Shown here piece by piece: positions 26,965-37,023 of a stretch of 64,000 bases of DNA; position 1 is the stretch's first letter; the number at the start of each line of letters is the position of its first letter. The translations under genes were made by a program, and so were the position numbers. The stretch is taken from positions 2,035-66,034 of the forward strand of contig JAPOWQ010000069.1 in the NCBI GenBank assembly GCA_026707585.1. The letters run 5' to 3'. The notes beneath the pieces were generated by a model. It was not told the origin of the DNA. It worked only from the letters and a program-made list of their open reading frames with translations, and ran no database searches. Source of the DNA: Chloroflexota bacterium. Lineage in GTDB: Bacteria; Chloroflexota; UBA11872.

Positions 26965-27717
26965 CTAGTGCCCCGGATGCGGGACGAACGGCACCCGCTT
27001 CAGCCACAGCCGCAGCGCGTGCCAGTAGATGGCCGCGGTAACGCGGGCAGTCAGCAAAGGATGCCGCGCCAGGGCAATTGCCAGATTCCCTGCGCTGAGA
27101 GCCCTCCGGCGTAGCATCAGGTTGGCCTCGAATAGCGGCGCTCCGCCGCGTGCCACCTCAATCCCCACGCCAAGCTGCTCGCCCGGAACCGTGGCCGTCA
27201 ACCGATAGCGCTGGTCCATGTGCATGAACGGCGAAACGTGCAGCGCCTTGGCAAAACCGACCCTGAGCCGCCCAGCATTGGCATCCGGCTCAGGCTCGAC
27301 CACGTAGACGTGCCGCTCGCCCCAGGGAGTATTGGTTACCTCGACCACCAGCGCCTGTACGCGGGACTCATCGGGCGTGAAGCAGTAGTACACGCTAATG
27401 GGGTTCATCACGTAGCCGAAATACCGCAGGTGTGTCAGCAGGCGAATCGGTCCTTCGGGCCGACGGCCCCTCACTTCCGCCACGCGTGTACGCACCGCCT
27501 CGTCCAGCGACATGTCCGGATCGCCGAAGTGATCCCCGCGCCGAAACCAGGCCAGCGCCGGACGCCGCGCCGACCAGAACAGTCGCCCGTCAAATAGCCC
27601 TGGCAACTCCGCCAGGTCCAGATAGACCATGAACAAATCGAATCGAAATCCGTGGGACGCCGGCTCGCGTCGGTGGTGCGTGACGTATCCCGAATAGAGG
27701 GCACTGGCGCCACTCAT
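26965..27717 (-). CDS. DUF1365 family protein
   Basis: [34 protein letters not shown]...[12 protein letters not shown] is the DUF1365 N-terminal signature. It has an ATGA start/stop overlap with the upstream oxidase gene. Confidence 0.8.
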   Translation of the reverse strand: MSGASALYSGYVTHHRREPASHGFRFDLFMVYLDLAELPGLFDGRLFWSARRPALAWFRRGDHFGDPDMSLDEAVRTRVAEVRGRRPEGPIRLLTHLRYFGYVMNPISVYYCFTPDESRVQALVVEVTNTPWGERHVYVVEPEPDANAGRLRVGFAKALHVSPFMHMDQRYRLTATVPGEQLGVGIEVARGGAPLFEANLMLRRRALSAGNLAIALARHPLLTARVTAAIYWHALRLWLKRVPFVPHPGH

Positions 27718-28955
27718 GCGCTGGCGAGCAGGGCTCGCGCCGCGCGCAGGCCGCTGATGACCCCGTCCTCGTGAAAGCCATAGCGCCAGTACGCGCCCGC
27801 ATACCACGTGCGGCGCACGCCGTTGATCTCGCCCCAGCGATCCTGCGCGTCGATGGCCGCCTGGTTGAAGACCGGATGGTGATACCTGAGCCGCTTGATG
27901 ACGGACTCGTCGTCGATGCAGTCAGTCTGATTCAGCGTGACGCAGTACGTCTGGGGCGCGTCCAGGCGTTGTAGTCGATTCATGATGTATGTGGCGGGCA
28001 CGCCGTCCGCGTGGTCCCGCGGAATGCGGTAGTTCCACGAAGCCCAGGCGCGTCGTCGATGTGGGAGGACGTCGGTGTCGGTGTGCAGCGCCACGTCGTT
28101 CGGCTGGTATTCGATAGCGCCCAGCACTTCCCGTTCCCGAGAACTGGGATCTTGCAGCGCGCCAAGCGCCTGGTCACTATGGGTCGCAAAGAGCACCTGA
28201 TCGAACCGCACTTCGCCGGCCCCGGCAACCGCGACCGTGACGTGATCGCCTGACCGTCGCACCCCCACCACAGGCGCTCGAACCCGAATCCGGTCCCGAA
28301 ATGGCTGAATCAGCGCTTCCACGTACCGTCGCGCGCCCCCAACGATCGAGAGCCATCGAGGCTTTCCCCAGATTCCCAGCAGCCCGTGGTTGTAGAAGAA
28401 GCGCGCGAACGTTCGAACGGGGATGCCGCTGAACGTCGAGGGATCGGCCGACCAGACTGCGGCGCCCATCGGCACCAGGTACAGGTCCCGGAACACGCGC
28501 GAAAACCCGGCGTCGTTCAGGTACTCGCCCAACGTGCGTCGTTCACCGGGGCCGAGCAGGCCCGTGGCCAGGCGATTGAAGCGCAAGTAGTCAACGAGCA
28601 GCCGCAGGAATGCTGGTCGCAGCAAGTTTTGGCGCTGGGCGAAGAGCGCGTTCAATGAGCCGCCGCTGTATTCGACGCCGCTTCGGTCGCAGCGCACCGA
28701 GAAGCTCATCTCCGAGGGCTGGCTTCGAATGCGTAGCTCGCCCAGAATCCGGCGCAACTCCGGATACGTCCGGTGGTTGAAGACCACGAAACCCGTGTCG
28801 ACGGCGTAGGTGCGCGAGCCGTACGTCACGTCCACGGTGTGCGCGTGGCCGCCGGGCGTGGCGCCGGCTTCGAAGATCGTGACCTGGTGATGCGGCGCCA
28901 GTTCGCGAGCCGCGACCAGTCCCGAGACTCCGGCACCGATGACGGCGATATGCAT
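27714..28955 (-). CDS. FAD/NAD(P)-binding amine-oxidase / desaturase-like oxidoreductase
   Basis: It starts [36 protein letters not shown], a dinucleotide-binding fold. The true start is the ATG at 28955. The 651-aa track ORF is an out-of-frame run-on into the next gene. Confidence 0.8.
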   Translation of the reverse strand: MHIAVIGAGVSGLVAARELAPHHQVTIFEAGATPGGHAHTVDVTYGSRTYAVDTGFVVFNHRTYPELRRILGELRIRSQPSEMSFSVRCDRSGVEYSGGSLNALFAQRQNLLRPAFLRLLVDYLRFNRLATGLLGPGERRTLGEYLNDAGFSRVFRDLYLVPMGAAVWSADPSTFSGIPVRTFARFFYNHGLLGIWGKPRWLSIVGGARRYVEALIQPFRDRIRVRAPVVGVRRSGDHVTVAVAGAGEVRFDQVLFATHSDQALGALQDPSSREREVLGAIEYQPNDVALHTDTDVLPHRRRAWASWNYRIPRDHADGVPATYIMNRLQRLDAPQTYCVTLNQTDCIDDESVIKRLRYHHPVFNQAAIDAQDRWGEINGVRRTWYAGAYWRYGFHEDGVISGLRAARALLASA

Positions 28956-28968
28956 GGTGGCGCTTCCC

Positions 28969-29994
28969 CTAGACCCGCTGCGCGGGCTCGAGCAGGTGGT
29001 GGGCGACCACCCATTCGCGACCGCAGCGATAGGCGAACAGTTCTTCGCAGGCGATGAAGAACAGCCGCCAGCGGGCGATCCATAGGTCAGCCGCTCCGTC
29101 ACCGTAGACCCGTTCGAAGAGTGCTCGGACGGCTTGGCGGTGACTGTCGAGGTTGCACAGCCAGCACCGCAACGTCCGCGCATAGTGGCGACCGTTGACG
29201 ATCTGGCGATCGACGGTTCGCACCGCTGGCGTACAGTCGTCGAACAGACCCAGGCTCGGCATCGTGCCGCCGCTGAAAAACCAGCGCGCCATCCAGCCGT
29301 CCTCCGGCTCAAAGGTGTAGGCGTGCCGTCGGTGGCTGAAGACGTGCACGAAAATCCGCCCGCTCGGTGCCAGCGCGTTGACCAACGTCGCCAGCAACGG
29401 CTCGGGGTTGCGCACGTGCTCCAGTATCTCGATGCTGACGATGCGGTCGAACTGACCAGGCAGCTCCAGCGCCGCCGCGTTCCCGGCAACGACCTGCAGG
29501 TTTGACAGGCCGAGTTCGGCGGCTCGCGCTTCCATGAAGTGACGCTGCGTGCGCGAGTTGCTGAGCGCCGTGAAGCTGGCTGTCGGAAAGCGTTCGGCCG
29601 CCCACAGCGACAACGCGCCCCAGCCGCTGCCCAGGTCCAGCACGCGCTGCCCGTCCGCCAGCTGCGCACGCCGCGCCGTGAGCTCCAGCATCGCCTCTTC
29701 GGCTTGCGCCAGCGTGGTGTCGCCGTTGGGCCAGAATGCGCTGCTGTATTTGAGCCGCGGGCCGAGGATCAAGCGAAAAAAGTCTGTCGGCACCTCGTAG
29801 TGCTGCCGGTTAGCGGCCTCGGTCTCGACGGCGACGGGTCCGCCTTGAAATCGGTGCATGCGTTCTCGGGTGGCGCCACGCTCCAGGGTTCGCAGGCGCT
29901 TTCGCAGCGCCATCCGAACCCCCAGCCGCAGCAGTCCGTCGGGCACCATCCCGCCGGCCGCCAGCCGCTCGAACCACGCCTGTTCGTCAGCCAC
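28969..29994 (-). CDS. Cyclopropane-fatty-acyl-phospholipid synthase-like SAM-dependent methyltransferase
   Basis: ANRQHYEVPTDFFRLILGPRLKYSSAFW...VLDLGSGWGALSLWAAE...IVSIEILEHV are CFA synthase/mycolic acid methyltransferase motifs. The GTG at 29994 gives an 8-nt overlap with the upstream gene, but the start is uncertain. Confidence 0.8.
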   Translation of the reverse strand: MADEQAWFERLAAGGMVPDGLLRLGVRMALRKRLRTLERGATRERMHRFQGGPVAVETEAANRQHYEVPTDFFRLILGPRLKYSSAFWPNGDTTLAQAEEAMLELTARRAQLADGQRVLDLGSGWGALSLWAAERFPTASFTALSNSRTQRHFMEARAAELGLSNLQVVAGNAAALELPGQFDRIVSIEILEHVRNPEPLLATLVNALAPSGRIFVHVFSHRRHAYTFEPEDGWMARWFFSGGTMPSLGLFDDCTPAVRTVDRQIVNGRHYARTLRCWLCNLDSHRQAVRALFERVYGDGAADLWIARWRLFFIACEELFAYRCGREWVVAHHLLEPAQRV

Positions 29995-30778
29995 GGCGGC
30001 GCAGTCCTGGGATCCGTGGAAGGAAAGCCGGCGTCGATTCCACGTACTCGCGGTAGCCGGGCTTGGTGTCAACCATCGTGCGCTCCAGCATTGCCACGCC
30101 CGAGACGCGCCAGAGCAGGAACGTCATCAGAACCGGACTGACCAGCGCCCACCAGGCCCCCACAGCCAGCCCCAGGCAGCCGAAGCCCCACCAGACCACG
30201 GCGTCGCCGAAGTAATTCGGGTGGCGCGTTAGCCCCCAGAACCCGCCGGAGAGGACTCGACCGCGATTGGCCGGATTGGCCTTGAAGCGCGCGAGCTGAA
30301 GATCGCCGCCGGCTTCAAAGGCGAAGCCCACGACCCACAGCGCCACGGCAACGATGTCCCACGGCACGAGAGCCTTAGGCTCGGGTGCGGCCAGCGCCGC
30401 GATCAGCGGGAGCGCCACCACCCACATCACGCTCCCTTGCAAGAGGAAGACGGTGAAGTAGCTGCGCCACCAGAAGGCCGGGCCGGCATTCCGCCGGAAC
30501 TCCTGGTATCGAAAGTCCTCCGGCTTGCCCCGACTGCGCCAGCCGATGTGTGCCGCCAGCCGTATGCCCCATACCGACACCAGAACCAGCGTCAGCGCAG
30601 ATCGGCCGGGATCGCCCGAACCCAGCCAGATTGCGAAGCCGGCCAGGATAGTGAAGCCCAGCCCCCAGTACACGTCCACGATCCCGGCGTTGCGCAGCGC
30701 CAGGCTCAGCAGCCACACCAGGGTCATGCCGGCGGCAATGACCGCCGCGGCCACGCCCAGCAGCCAGAAGTCCGTCAT
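29987..30778 (-). CDS. DUF1295 membrane protein (steroid 5-alpha-reductase / ICMT-like fold)
   Basis: It has multiple TM helices and the C-terminal GLTRHPNYFGDAVVWWG motif typical of DUF1295. Confidence 0.75.
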   Translation of the reverse strand: MTDFWLLGVAAAVIAAGMTLVWLLSLALRNAGIVDVYWGLGFTILAGFAIWLGSGDPGRSALTLVLVSVWGIRLAAHIGWRSRGKPEDFRYQEFRRNAGPAFWWRSYFTVFLLQGSVMWVVALPLIAALAAPEPKALVPWDIVAVALWVVGFAFEAGGDLQLARFKANPANRGRVLSGGFWGLTRHPNYFGDAVVWWGFGCLGLAVGAWWALVSPVLMTFLLWRVSGVAMLERTMVDTKPGYREYVESTPAFLPRIPGLRRRG

Positions 30779-30835
30779 CAGACGTCGACGACCAGCCGCC
30801 AGCGGACGCCAATCTGTTGACTGCGCAGCATGGCG

Positions 30836-31207
30836 TCAGGTCCGGGAGGCTGGCTCTCGCGATCGCCCGGCCAGCAAGATTGCGGCCGCCGCGACCTCAA
30901 ACGCCAGGCTAATCCAGTTGGACTGCTCGCCTGCGGATCCGTCAGCGAACATGAACGGTGCGCGCACCGCCGCAATGGCCAGATATACGAGACCGAGAAC
31001 ACGCTCGGCCGGCGTCTTCAGAAACAGCGGCGCAAGCCCAAGCCCTATGAACACGCCGCCCATTGCCGCGCGGATTTCGGTGATTCCGCGTGCCGTGTCC
31101 GGGGCCAGACCCGTGAACCCGCTGACGCTCTCAGGCCGCACCAGCAGCACAAGTCCGGACACTACCGTGGCCGCCAGCACGGCGTATCGCAGTAAACGCA
31201 GGAGCAT
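30836..31207 (-). CDS. DUF4345-like small membrane protein
   Basis: Four predicted hydrophobic helices (MLLRLLRYAVLAATVVSGLVLLV...). It is the first gene of the minus-strand lipid-modification operon. Confidence 0.5.
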   Translation of the reverse strand: MLLRLLRYAVLAATVVSGLVLLVRPESVSGFTGLAPDTARGITEIRAAMGGVFIGLGLAPLFLKTPAERVLGLVYLAIAAVRAPFMFADGSAGEQSNWISLAFEVAAAAILLAGRSREPASRT

Positions 31208-31450
31208 GTCCGGACCCTTCGGCGTCAACGCCGACTCCAGGCTCGATTCCCAATCCTAGTGTGGCGGACGCCGACGAAGCGATTCCGTAGGTATTCATCC
31301 GATCAGACAGCGCCGCCATCCGATCGGACACCTGATCATCAGCCCATGGATCGCGCGATTTGCCCGATTCGCTGCCTTTCCGGAGGTCTAGCGGCACCAA
31401 TCGCCTCAGAACGGCTGTTTACCTGCCGTCACGCCGCGCGGGGAACCGTG

Positions 31451-31726
31451 TTGGGTTCGTCGCCGTCGGCCATCTACTCGTTCATCCATCACTGGAACGA
31501 TTCCCTCAATCCCCTAATCTTCGTGAACAGCGAAGAGTGGCGGACGCTGGCGCTGTACCTGCGTTTCTTCCTCTACACCGAGATCGGTGGTAGCGCCGGA
31601 CTTACCCGCACGAACCTCATGATGGCAGCATCCGACGTCAAGCTGATTCCGATCCTCGTCATCTTCGACCTGGCTCAGTGCTGGTTCATCCGCGGCGTTG
31701 CGCTGACCGGGATCGCAGGGCGGTAG
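31451..31726 (+). pseudogene. Remnant: C-terminal fragment of a MalG-type carbohydrate ABC transporter permease
   Basis: Only the last 90 or so aa are present: AIYSFIHHWNDSLNPLIF...TLALYLRFF...MMAASDVKLIPILVIFDLAQCWFIRGVALTGIAGR. No EAA loop or N-terminal TM helices lie upstream. Confidence 0.6.
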
Positions 31727-31812
31727 GGTCCATGGATTTCCGTACCGCAGTTGGCAGGCCAGATCGAGCGTCCGCTGGTGGACGCCGGCCTGCCTGAAGA
31801 CAGGAGTGACTG

Positions 31813-32418
31813 ATGGCTACCGAGGCCACTGACAAGCGCATCACCGGCTACCCGAACGATCCGCCGCGCGAGCGCAAGGCGCTCAATCTCACAACCTACG
31901 AGTACGAGTTCCCCTTCAACTACCCCAACGTGCTCGTGGACCGTGTATGGGTTGGCGGCGAGCGCCACGGCATCGAGCTGTTTCCGATCAAGACCACGGA
32001 CGGCTCCACGGCCACTACCCAGACACCGTCCGACTGGATCGTGATCGAGGAAGACCACCCGATGGTGCAGGTTGCCGTCATCGGCAGTGCCTGCACCCCG
32101 CCTGGATCCATCCTTGTTGAATGCGACACGATCGATAACTTCAGACACGACGGCGAAAACGAACGCGCCGTGTCCGCGCGCTTCCGGGTGGACAACCTGT
32201 GGGGGATGCACCTGCGCGCTGACCTCCTGCAGCAGGGCGGCTCCTACCACGCGCTGCCGGTTGCCGGCATGAGCTGCGCGGTGTTCGAGATTCCACCCTC
32301 GGTCAGGGTTCGCGTCGCCGGCATGGGCGCGATTCCCGCCTGGTCCGAGGACGGCTATCCCGACGACGTGCACTATTCCATCCGCTACATCCGCACAACC
32401 GTTGCGGAGGCCTACTAG
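31813..32418 (+). CDS. Hypothetical protein (201 aa)
   Basis: Clean ORF with an ATG. The composition is acidic and non-repetitive, with no signal peptide and no motif I recognise. Confidence 0.45.
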   Translation: MATEATDKRITGYPNDPPRERKALNLTTYEYEFPFNYPNVLVDRVWVGGERHGIELFPIKTTDGSTATTQTPSDWIVIEEDHPMVQVAVIGSACTPPGSILVECDTIDNFRHDGENERAVSARFRVDNLWGMHLRADLLQQGGSYHALPVAGMSCAVFEIPPSVRVRVAGMGAIPAWSEDGYPDDVHYSIRYIRTTVAEAY

Positions 32419-32622
32419 CCGCTGAGCGGCCCGGCGCGGCGGATGTTGCCTGCCGGCTGTCGCGACGGAACAAAGGACTGCGCTACGCGGCTCAGCAAGG
32501 CGACTCGCGTCGCCGGGATTTTCTCGTGGCAGCACGAGTTTTGCCCACGCGCTAAACTTCCGCGCCCGGTTCGGCATCGAACTGTCCGATGCCACGCCAC
32601 GACAGGCTAGGAGAGGACCGTC

Positions 32623-33573
32623 ATGGCGTTAGCCGAACAGCCGGATCTTCCACGATCCAGGCGCCGCGCCCTGATTCCCGGGTGGACTTGGCGTGAGACG
32701 CAAGGGTTTCTCTTCATCCTGCCCTGGCTGCTTGGCTTCGTCGTCTTCATCGCCGGGCCGTTCTTCTTTTCCTTCTTTGTAAGCCTGACGGAGTGGAGCT
32801 TCATCGGCGACATCAAGTGGTTGGGACTGGATCACTACGTTCGACTGCTGTCCGCCGATGACCCGCGCTTCGTCCAGGCGGTCTACAACACCACCTATTA
32901 CGTGGCCTTTCACGTGCCCGGCGTGCTGCTCATCTCGTTCATCATCGCCGGGCTACTGAATCAGAAGGTGCGCGGCATCGCGATCTACCGGACGTGCTTC
33001 TACCTGCCGTCGATCACCACGGGCGTGGCTACGGCCGTTCTCTGGTTCTGGGTCCTGCAGCCAAACGGCCTGCTCAACAATTTCCTGGACATTTTCCTGG
33101 AGCCCTTTGGCGTGAGTGGGCCGAACTGGCTCGGTTCCACGGCGTGGGCGATGCCGGGGCTCATCATCATGAGCTTCTGGACCGTCGGGACCACCATGAT
33201 CATCTTCCTGGCCGGATTCCAGGGCATACCCCAGCACCTCTACGAAGCCGCCGAAATCGACGGCGCGGGCTGGTGGGGCAAGGTCCGCAATGTCACGATC
33301 CCGATGATGACGCCGCAGATCTTTCTGACCTCGGTCATCGGCGTTATCGGGTCATTCCAGGTGTTTACGGCGGCGCTCATCATCACCGACGGCGGCCCGG
33401 CCGACGCCACGCTGTTCATTCTGCTGCTGCTGTATCAGATGGGATTCCGGGCGTTCAACATGGGCTACGCGTCAGCCATTGCCTGGGTCCTTTTCCTGAT
33501 CATTCTGTTTTTCACGATCGTCCAGTTCATCAGCGCGCGGCGCTGGGTGTACTACGAGGGCGTGCGCGCCTAA
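32623..33573 (+). CDS. Carbohydrate ABC transporter permease (MalF/UgpA type)
   Basis: Six TM helices and the EAA-loop motif YEAAEIDGAGWWGKVRNVTIPMMTP. Confidence 0.85.
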   Translation: MALAEQPDLPRSRRRALIPGWTWRETQGFLFILPWLLGFVVFIAGPFFFSFFVSLTEWSFIGDIKWLGLDHYVRLLSADDPRFVQAVYNTTYYVAFHVPGVLLISFIIAGLLNQKVRGIAIYRTCFYLPSITTGVATAVLWFWVLQPNGLLNNFLDIFLEPFGVSGPNWLGSTAWAMPGLIIMSFWTVGTTMIIFLAGFQGIPQHLYEAAEIDGAGWWGKVRNVTIPMMTPQIFLTSVIGVIGSFQVFTAALIITDGGPADATLFILLLLYQMGFRAFNMGYASAIAWVLFLIILFFTIVQFISARRWVYYEGVRA

Positions 33574-33637
33574 CGAAGTTTCGCCACCCAGTTGCCGCTC
33601 CTCTGGCGCCTCAGATGGCGTCAGGATTGGCGTAGAT

Positions 33638-34660
33638 ATGGTTTGCCATGGAAGTTCGTCGCAAAGACGTTCGGCCATCCAACGGCTGACTGAGACGCGG
33701 CGCCGCGGCGCGGAATGGCTCCTGGCGCGGGTCGGACCCGACGGTAGCGTCGGGCCCCTGGACGAGGGGTTCCGCTTCTACCGCCTGCCCTGGTCCCTCA
33801 CCGTGTCCGGCCACACCCACGCCGCCACCGCCGTCTGCGGCTGGATCCGCGAGCACATGTTGACGCCGGACGGCGACTTTGACCGTGGCCACCGCCGGCT
33901 CTACGACGCCTACGCCTACCGCAACGCCACCCTGGTATACGGCGCGCACATGGCCCGCCAATTCGACATCAGCTCACGCGGACTGGGATTCGTTCTCTCC
34001 ATGCAGGACGAGTCGTCCGGCGGCTTTGCGAACGACCGCGACCCCGATGGAACCCTTGGGGACGTGATGGACCTGCCCTACACCTGCGGATGCGGGCTTG
34101 CGTGTATCGCGCTCGGCCGGCTGGACACAGCCCGACAGGTTTACCGTTTCCTGGTGCGGGTCTGGAATGAACAAGCCGACGTATCCGAACGCCTGTACTA
34201 CTCCTACTCGCGGCGGCGGCAGGCCGTCATCACCGATTACGACGAGCAAGACGTCTTCTGGCACGTCGTCGAGTCACAGGAACCAAGGGCGCAACGCTGG
34301 ACCGTGGGCGGGCTCTCGGCCGCGTTTCTCTGCCGGCTGTACCTGGTCGATCCCAATCCCGACTACCTCGCGCTGGCGCGCGACTTTCAGCAGTTCTCTA
34401 TCCAAAGCACGCCGCAACAGTTCGAGTTCCCGCAGGTCTGCAAGAGCGGCTGGGGCGCCAGTCTTCTCTTCCAGGTCACCGGCGAGGAACCTTACGCCGC
34501 CTGGGCCGTCAAGCTGGCCCACTGGTTCGCCGACACCCAGACCCACGACGGCTCCTGGGTCTTCGACCGCGACCCCACGGAGGGACGCACACTGGAACTG
34601 ACGGCCGAGTTCGTGGCGCACGTCGACACCATCATCGGTTGCCTCGCAAGCCGCCCCTGA
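33638..34660 (+). CDS. Hypothetical protein, possibly (alpha/alpha)-toroid fold
   Basis: 340-aa ORF with coding-like composition and repeated aromatic/Asp-rich helical segments. The function call is weak. Confidence 0.4.
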   Translation: MVCHGSSSQRRSAIQRLTETRRRGAEWLLARVGPDGSVGPLDEGFRFYRLPWSLTVSGHTHAATAVCGWIREHMLTPDGDFDRGHRRLYDAYAYRNATLVYGAHMARQFDISSRGLGFVLSMQDESSGGFANDRDPDGTLGDVMDLPYTCGCGLACIALGRLDTARQVYRFLVRVWNEQADVSERLYYSYSRRRQAVITDYDEQDVFWHVVESQEPRAQRWTVGGLSAAFLCRLYLVDPNPDYLALARDFQQFSIQSTPQQFEFPQVCKSGWGASLLFQVTGEEPYAAWAVKLAHWFADTQTHDGSWVFDRDPTEGRTLELTAEFVAHVDTIIGCLASRP

Positions 34661-35787
34661 TGAGGACGACTAGCGCGGTGCTGGTGGCACCCGAGTCGAT
34701 TGAGCTCCACGAGTTTCCCGTTCCCACGATCGGCGAAGACGACGGCCTGCTACGGATGGAGCTGGCCGGGATCTGCGGAAGCGACGTCTTGCATTGGGGC
34801 GGCCACTCCGCCGTGAGCCGCAACCTGCCCGCCATTCTTGGCCACGAAATCGTCGGTCGAATTGAGCACGTCGGCGCGCTCGCGTCCCGACGCTGGGGCG
34901 TGACGCACGGTGACCGCGTGATCGTGGAAGCCAGCTTCGGCTGCGGCCTCTGCGAACTGTGCCTTCGCGGTAGCTACCAGATGTGCGCGCAGGGCCAGGG
35001 CTACGGCGGCCGCATTTCGGCAAGCGTCACGCCCTACCTATGGGGCGCGTACGGGCAGCACCTCTATCTGCCGCCGCGAGCGCGCGTCCACCGGATCGGC
35101 GACGCCGTCTCACCCGAAGTCGGCGTCGTCATCGGAGCGGTCCTGGCCAACGGGGTGCGCTGGGTCCACACCATCGGCGGCGCCGGAGTCGGCGACACCG
35201 TCATCGTATTTGGACCGGGTCCGCAAGGGCTGGCCGCCGTCATCGCCGCTCAGGCTGCAGGCGCCGAGCGGATCGTCGCGGTTGGCCTGCGCAGGGACCG
35301 GGCGCGCCTGACCTTCGCCCGCGACTGCGGCGCCACCCATACGCTGAGCTTCGACGAGCACACCATTGAGGCCATCGCCGATCTGACCAGCGGTCGCCTG
35401 GCCGACGTCGTGATCGACGTGACGGGCAGCGCCGCGTCACCGGCCGTCGCGGCTGAAGCCGTGCGACCGCTGGGAACTTTCGTGATGGCCGGCTCCACAG
35501 CCGCCGCCAGCGTCGAACTCCCCTGGAACGAATTGGTGCGCAAGGAAGTCCGCGCCCAGGGCGTGAACAGCCACGACCAGGCCGCCGTCCGTGCCGCCAT
35601 AAGCCTGGCCGCCTCAGGACACTATCCCCTGGAGCGCATGGTCACCCACCGTTTCCCACTCGGTTCCGCCGGCCATGCCCTCAGCCTGGTCCGAGATGCC
35701 GCGGCGAGCGACGGCGTGATCAAGGCGGTGCTGGATCCGTTCGATGAGGCAGGCCGACAGCCGGCCGAAACAGAATTGCCGGGCTAG
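34660..35787 (+). CDS. Zinc-dependent alcohol dehydrogenase family (MDR) oxidoreductase
   Basis: GICGSDVLHWGGH and GHEIVGRIEHVG are the catalytic Zn motif. CGLCELCLRGSYQMC is the structural Zn motif. FGPGPQGLAA is the Rossmann motif. The ATG at 34660 overlaps the upstream stop. Confidence 0.8.
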   Translation: MRTTSAVLVAPESIELHEFPVPTIGEDDGLLRMELAGICGSDVLHWGGHSAVSRNLPAILGHEIVGRIEHVGALASRRWGVTHGDRVIVEASFGCGLCELCLRGSYQMCAQGQGYGGRISASVTPYLWGAYGQHLYLPPRARVHRIGDAVSPEVGVVIGAVLANGVRWVHTIGGAGVGDTVIVFGPGPQGLAAVIAAQAAGAERIVAVGLRRDRARLTFARDCGATHTLSFDEHTIEAIADLTSGRLADVVIDVTGSAASPAVAAEAVRPLGTFVMAGSTAAASVELPWNELVRKEVRAQGVNSHDQAAVRAAISLAASGHYPLERMVTHRFPLGSAGHALSLVRDAAASDGVIKAVLDPFDEAGRQPAETELPG

Positions 35788-35802
35788 TCTGGAGGGATTC
35801 AC

Positions 35803-36834
35803 ATGCCACTCGAAGTCGTCTCGACTGACGGCCGATCGTTCCGATATCGGGACTACCAGGTCGCCGAGCTTGGCCCGTTTGACGTGCGCGTGCAGGTGGA
35901 GTTCGCCGCGCCGAAGCACGGTACCGAGCTCCACTCCCTCACGGGAAACCCACACCACCGCAAACGCTGGGACGAGAAGCTGCGAATCTATCTACCCCTG
36001 TCGGAACCCCTCCCGCTGACCGAGCGTCCCGTGGGAAACATGGTGGTCGGGTCGGTGACCGACCTGGGATCCGAGGTCACGAGTTGCTCCCCGGGCGACC
36101 GCGTCTTCGGTTACGGGTCGATCAGCGAGGAACACCAACAGCCCGAAGGCTCCTGGAGGCCCCTGGACGGCCTCTCCGAAACCGACGCCGTGTGCTCCGA
36201 TCCGGCTCACGTGGCCCTGGTCGCGGTCCGGGACGGCAATGTACGTGTCGGCGACGCCGTGGCAGTGTTCGGCATGGGCGCCATCGGCCTGATGACCATT
36301 CAGATCGCCGCCTGCAGCGGGGCTACCACGGTGATCGCGGTCGACCCGGTGGAGAGCCGTCGAGCAACGGCCCGGGACCTTGGTGCCGACGTGGTCGTCG
36401 ATCCAAGCGCCGAGGACGCCGGCCTGCGCATTAAGCGAGCCACCGGCAACCATGGCGTGGACGTGGCTATCGAGACCTCGGCCAACGCCGCCGCCTTGCA
36501 CGAAGCCATTCGCGCCATTCGCCAGTGCGGAACCATCGTCCACGTGCCCTACGGCCCAAAGGATGCCTCAACGCTTCATCTGGACGAGGAGTTCCATGTG
36601 AATCGTCCAACCATCGTCGGCAGCCAGGCCGTCTGGCGAAACCCCGACCGTTCCTACCCGCTCTGGGACGAAGCGCGCGCTCGCGCAACGGCGATTGATC
36701 TGTTCAAGCGAGGCAAGGTCTCGTCCGAAGGCATCGTCACGCCCATTGTCAGTTTCAGGGATGCGGCCCAGGCACTGACCAGCGGGCTGGCCGCCCCTGA
36801 TCGCGCAATCAAGATCGGCGTTCGCTTTCCATAG
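35803..36834 (+). CDS. MDR-superfamily dehydrogenase (zinc-binding dehydrogenase-like)
   Basis: It has a GroES-like N-terminal part and a Rossmann motif VFGMGAIGLMTIQIA. The classic GHE motif is missing. Confidence 0.65.
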   Translation: MPLEVVSTDGRSFRYRDYQVAELGPFDVRVQVEFAAPKHGTELHSLTGNPHHRKRWDEKLRIYLPLSEPLPLTERPVGNMVVGSVTDLGSEVTSCSPGDRVFGYGSISEEHQQPEGSWRPLDGLSETDAVCSDPAHVALVAVRDGNVRVGDAVAVFGMGAIGLMTIQIAACSGATTVIAVDPVESRRATARDLGADVVVDPSAEDAGLRIKRATGNHGVDVAIETSANAAALHEAIRAIRQCGTIVHVPYGPKDASTLHLDEEFHVNRPTIVGSQAVWRNPDRSYPLWDEARARATAIDLFKRGKVSSEGIVTPIVSFRDAAQALTSGLAAPDRAIKIGVRFP

Positions 36835-37023
36835 CTGAAACGGGCGGACGCATCCCTGTATGTCGGCGGCAACCGGTCCAGACCTTCGAGCCCGGCATCC
36901 TTCGAGTAATACCGACCTCGACCCGTCTCACGCTTGACGCACAAGAAGTTTCGTGGCCTAATCCTTAGTTGCACGGTAATTCAAGATGGAACCATATTGG
37001 TTCTTGCTTGAACGGGGGGCGAT

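Noticed and set aside
28956-29669. The N-terminal 238 aa of the 651-aa track ORF 27714-29669.
   Set aside because: This part is an alternative frame of the CFA-synthase-like gene. The oxidase clearly begins at [12 protein letters not shown] (ATG at 28955).
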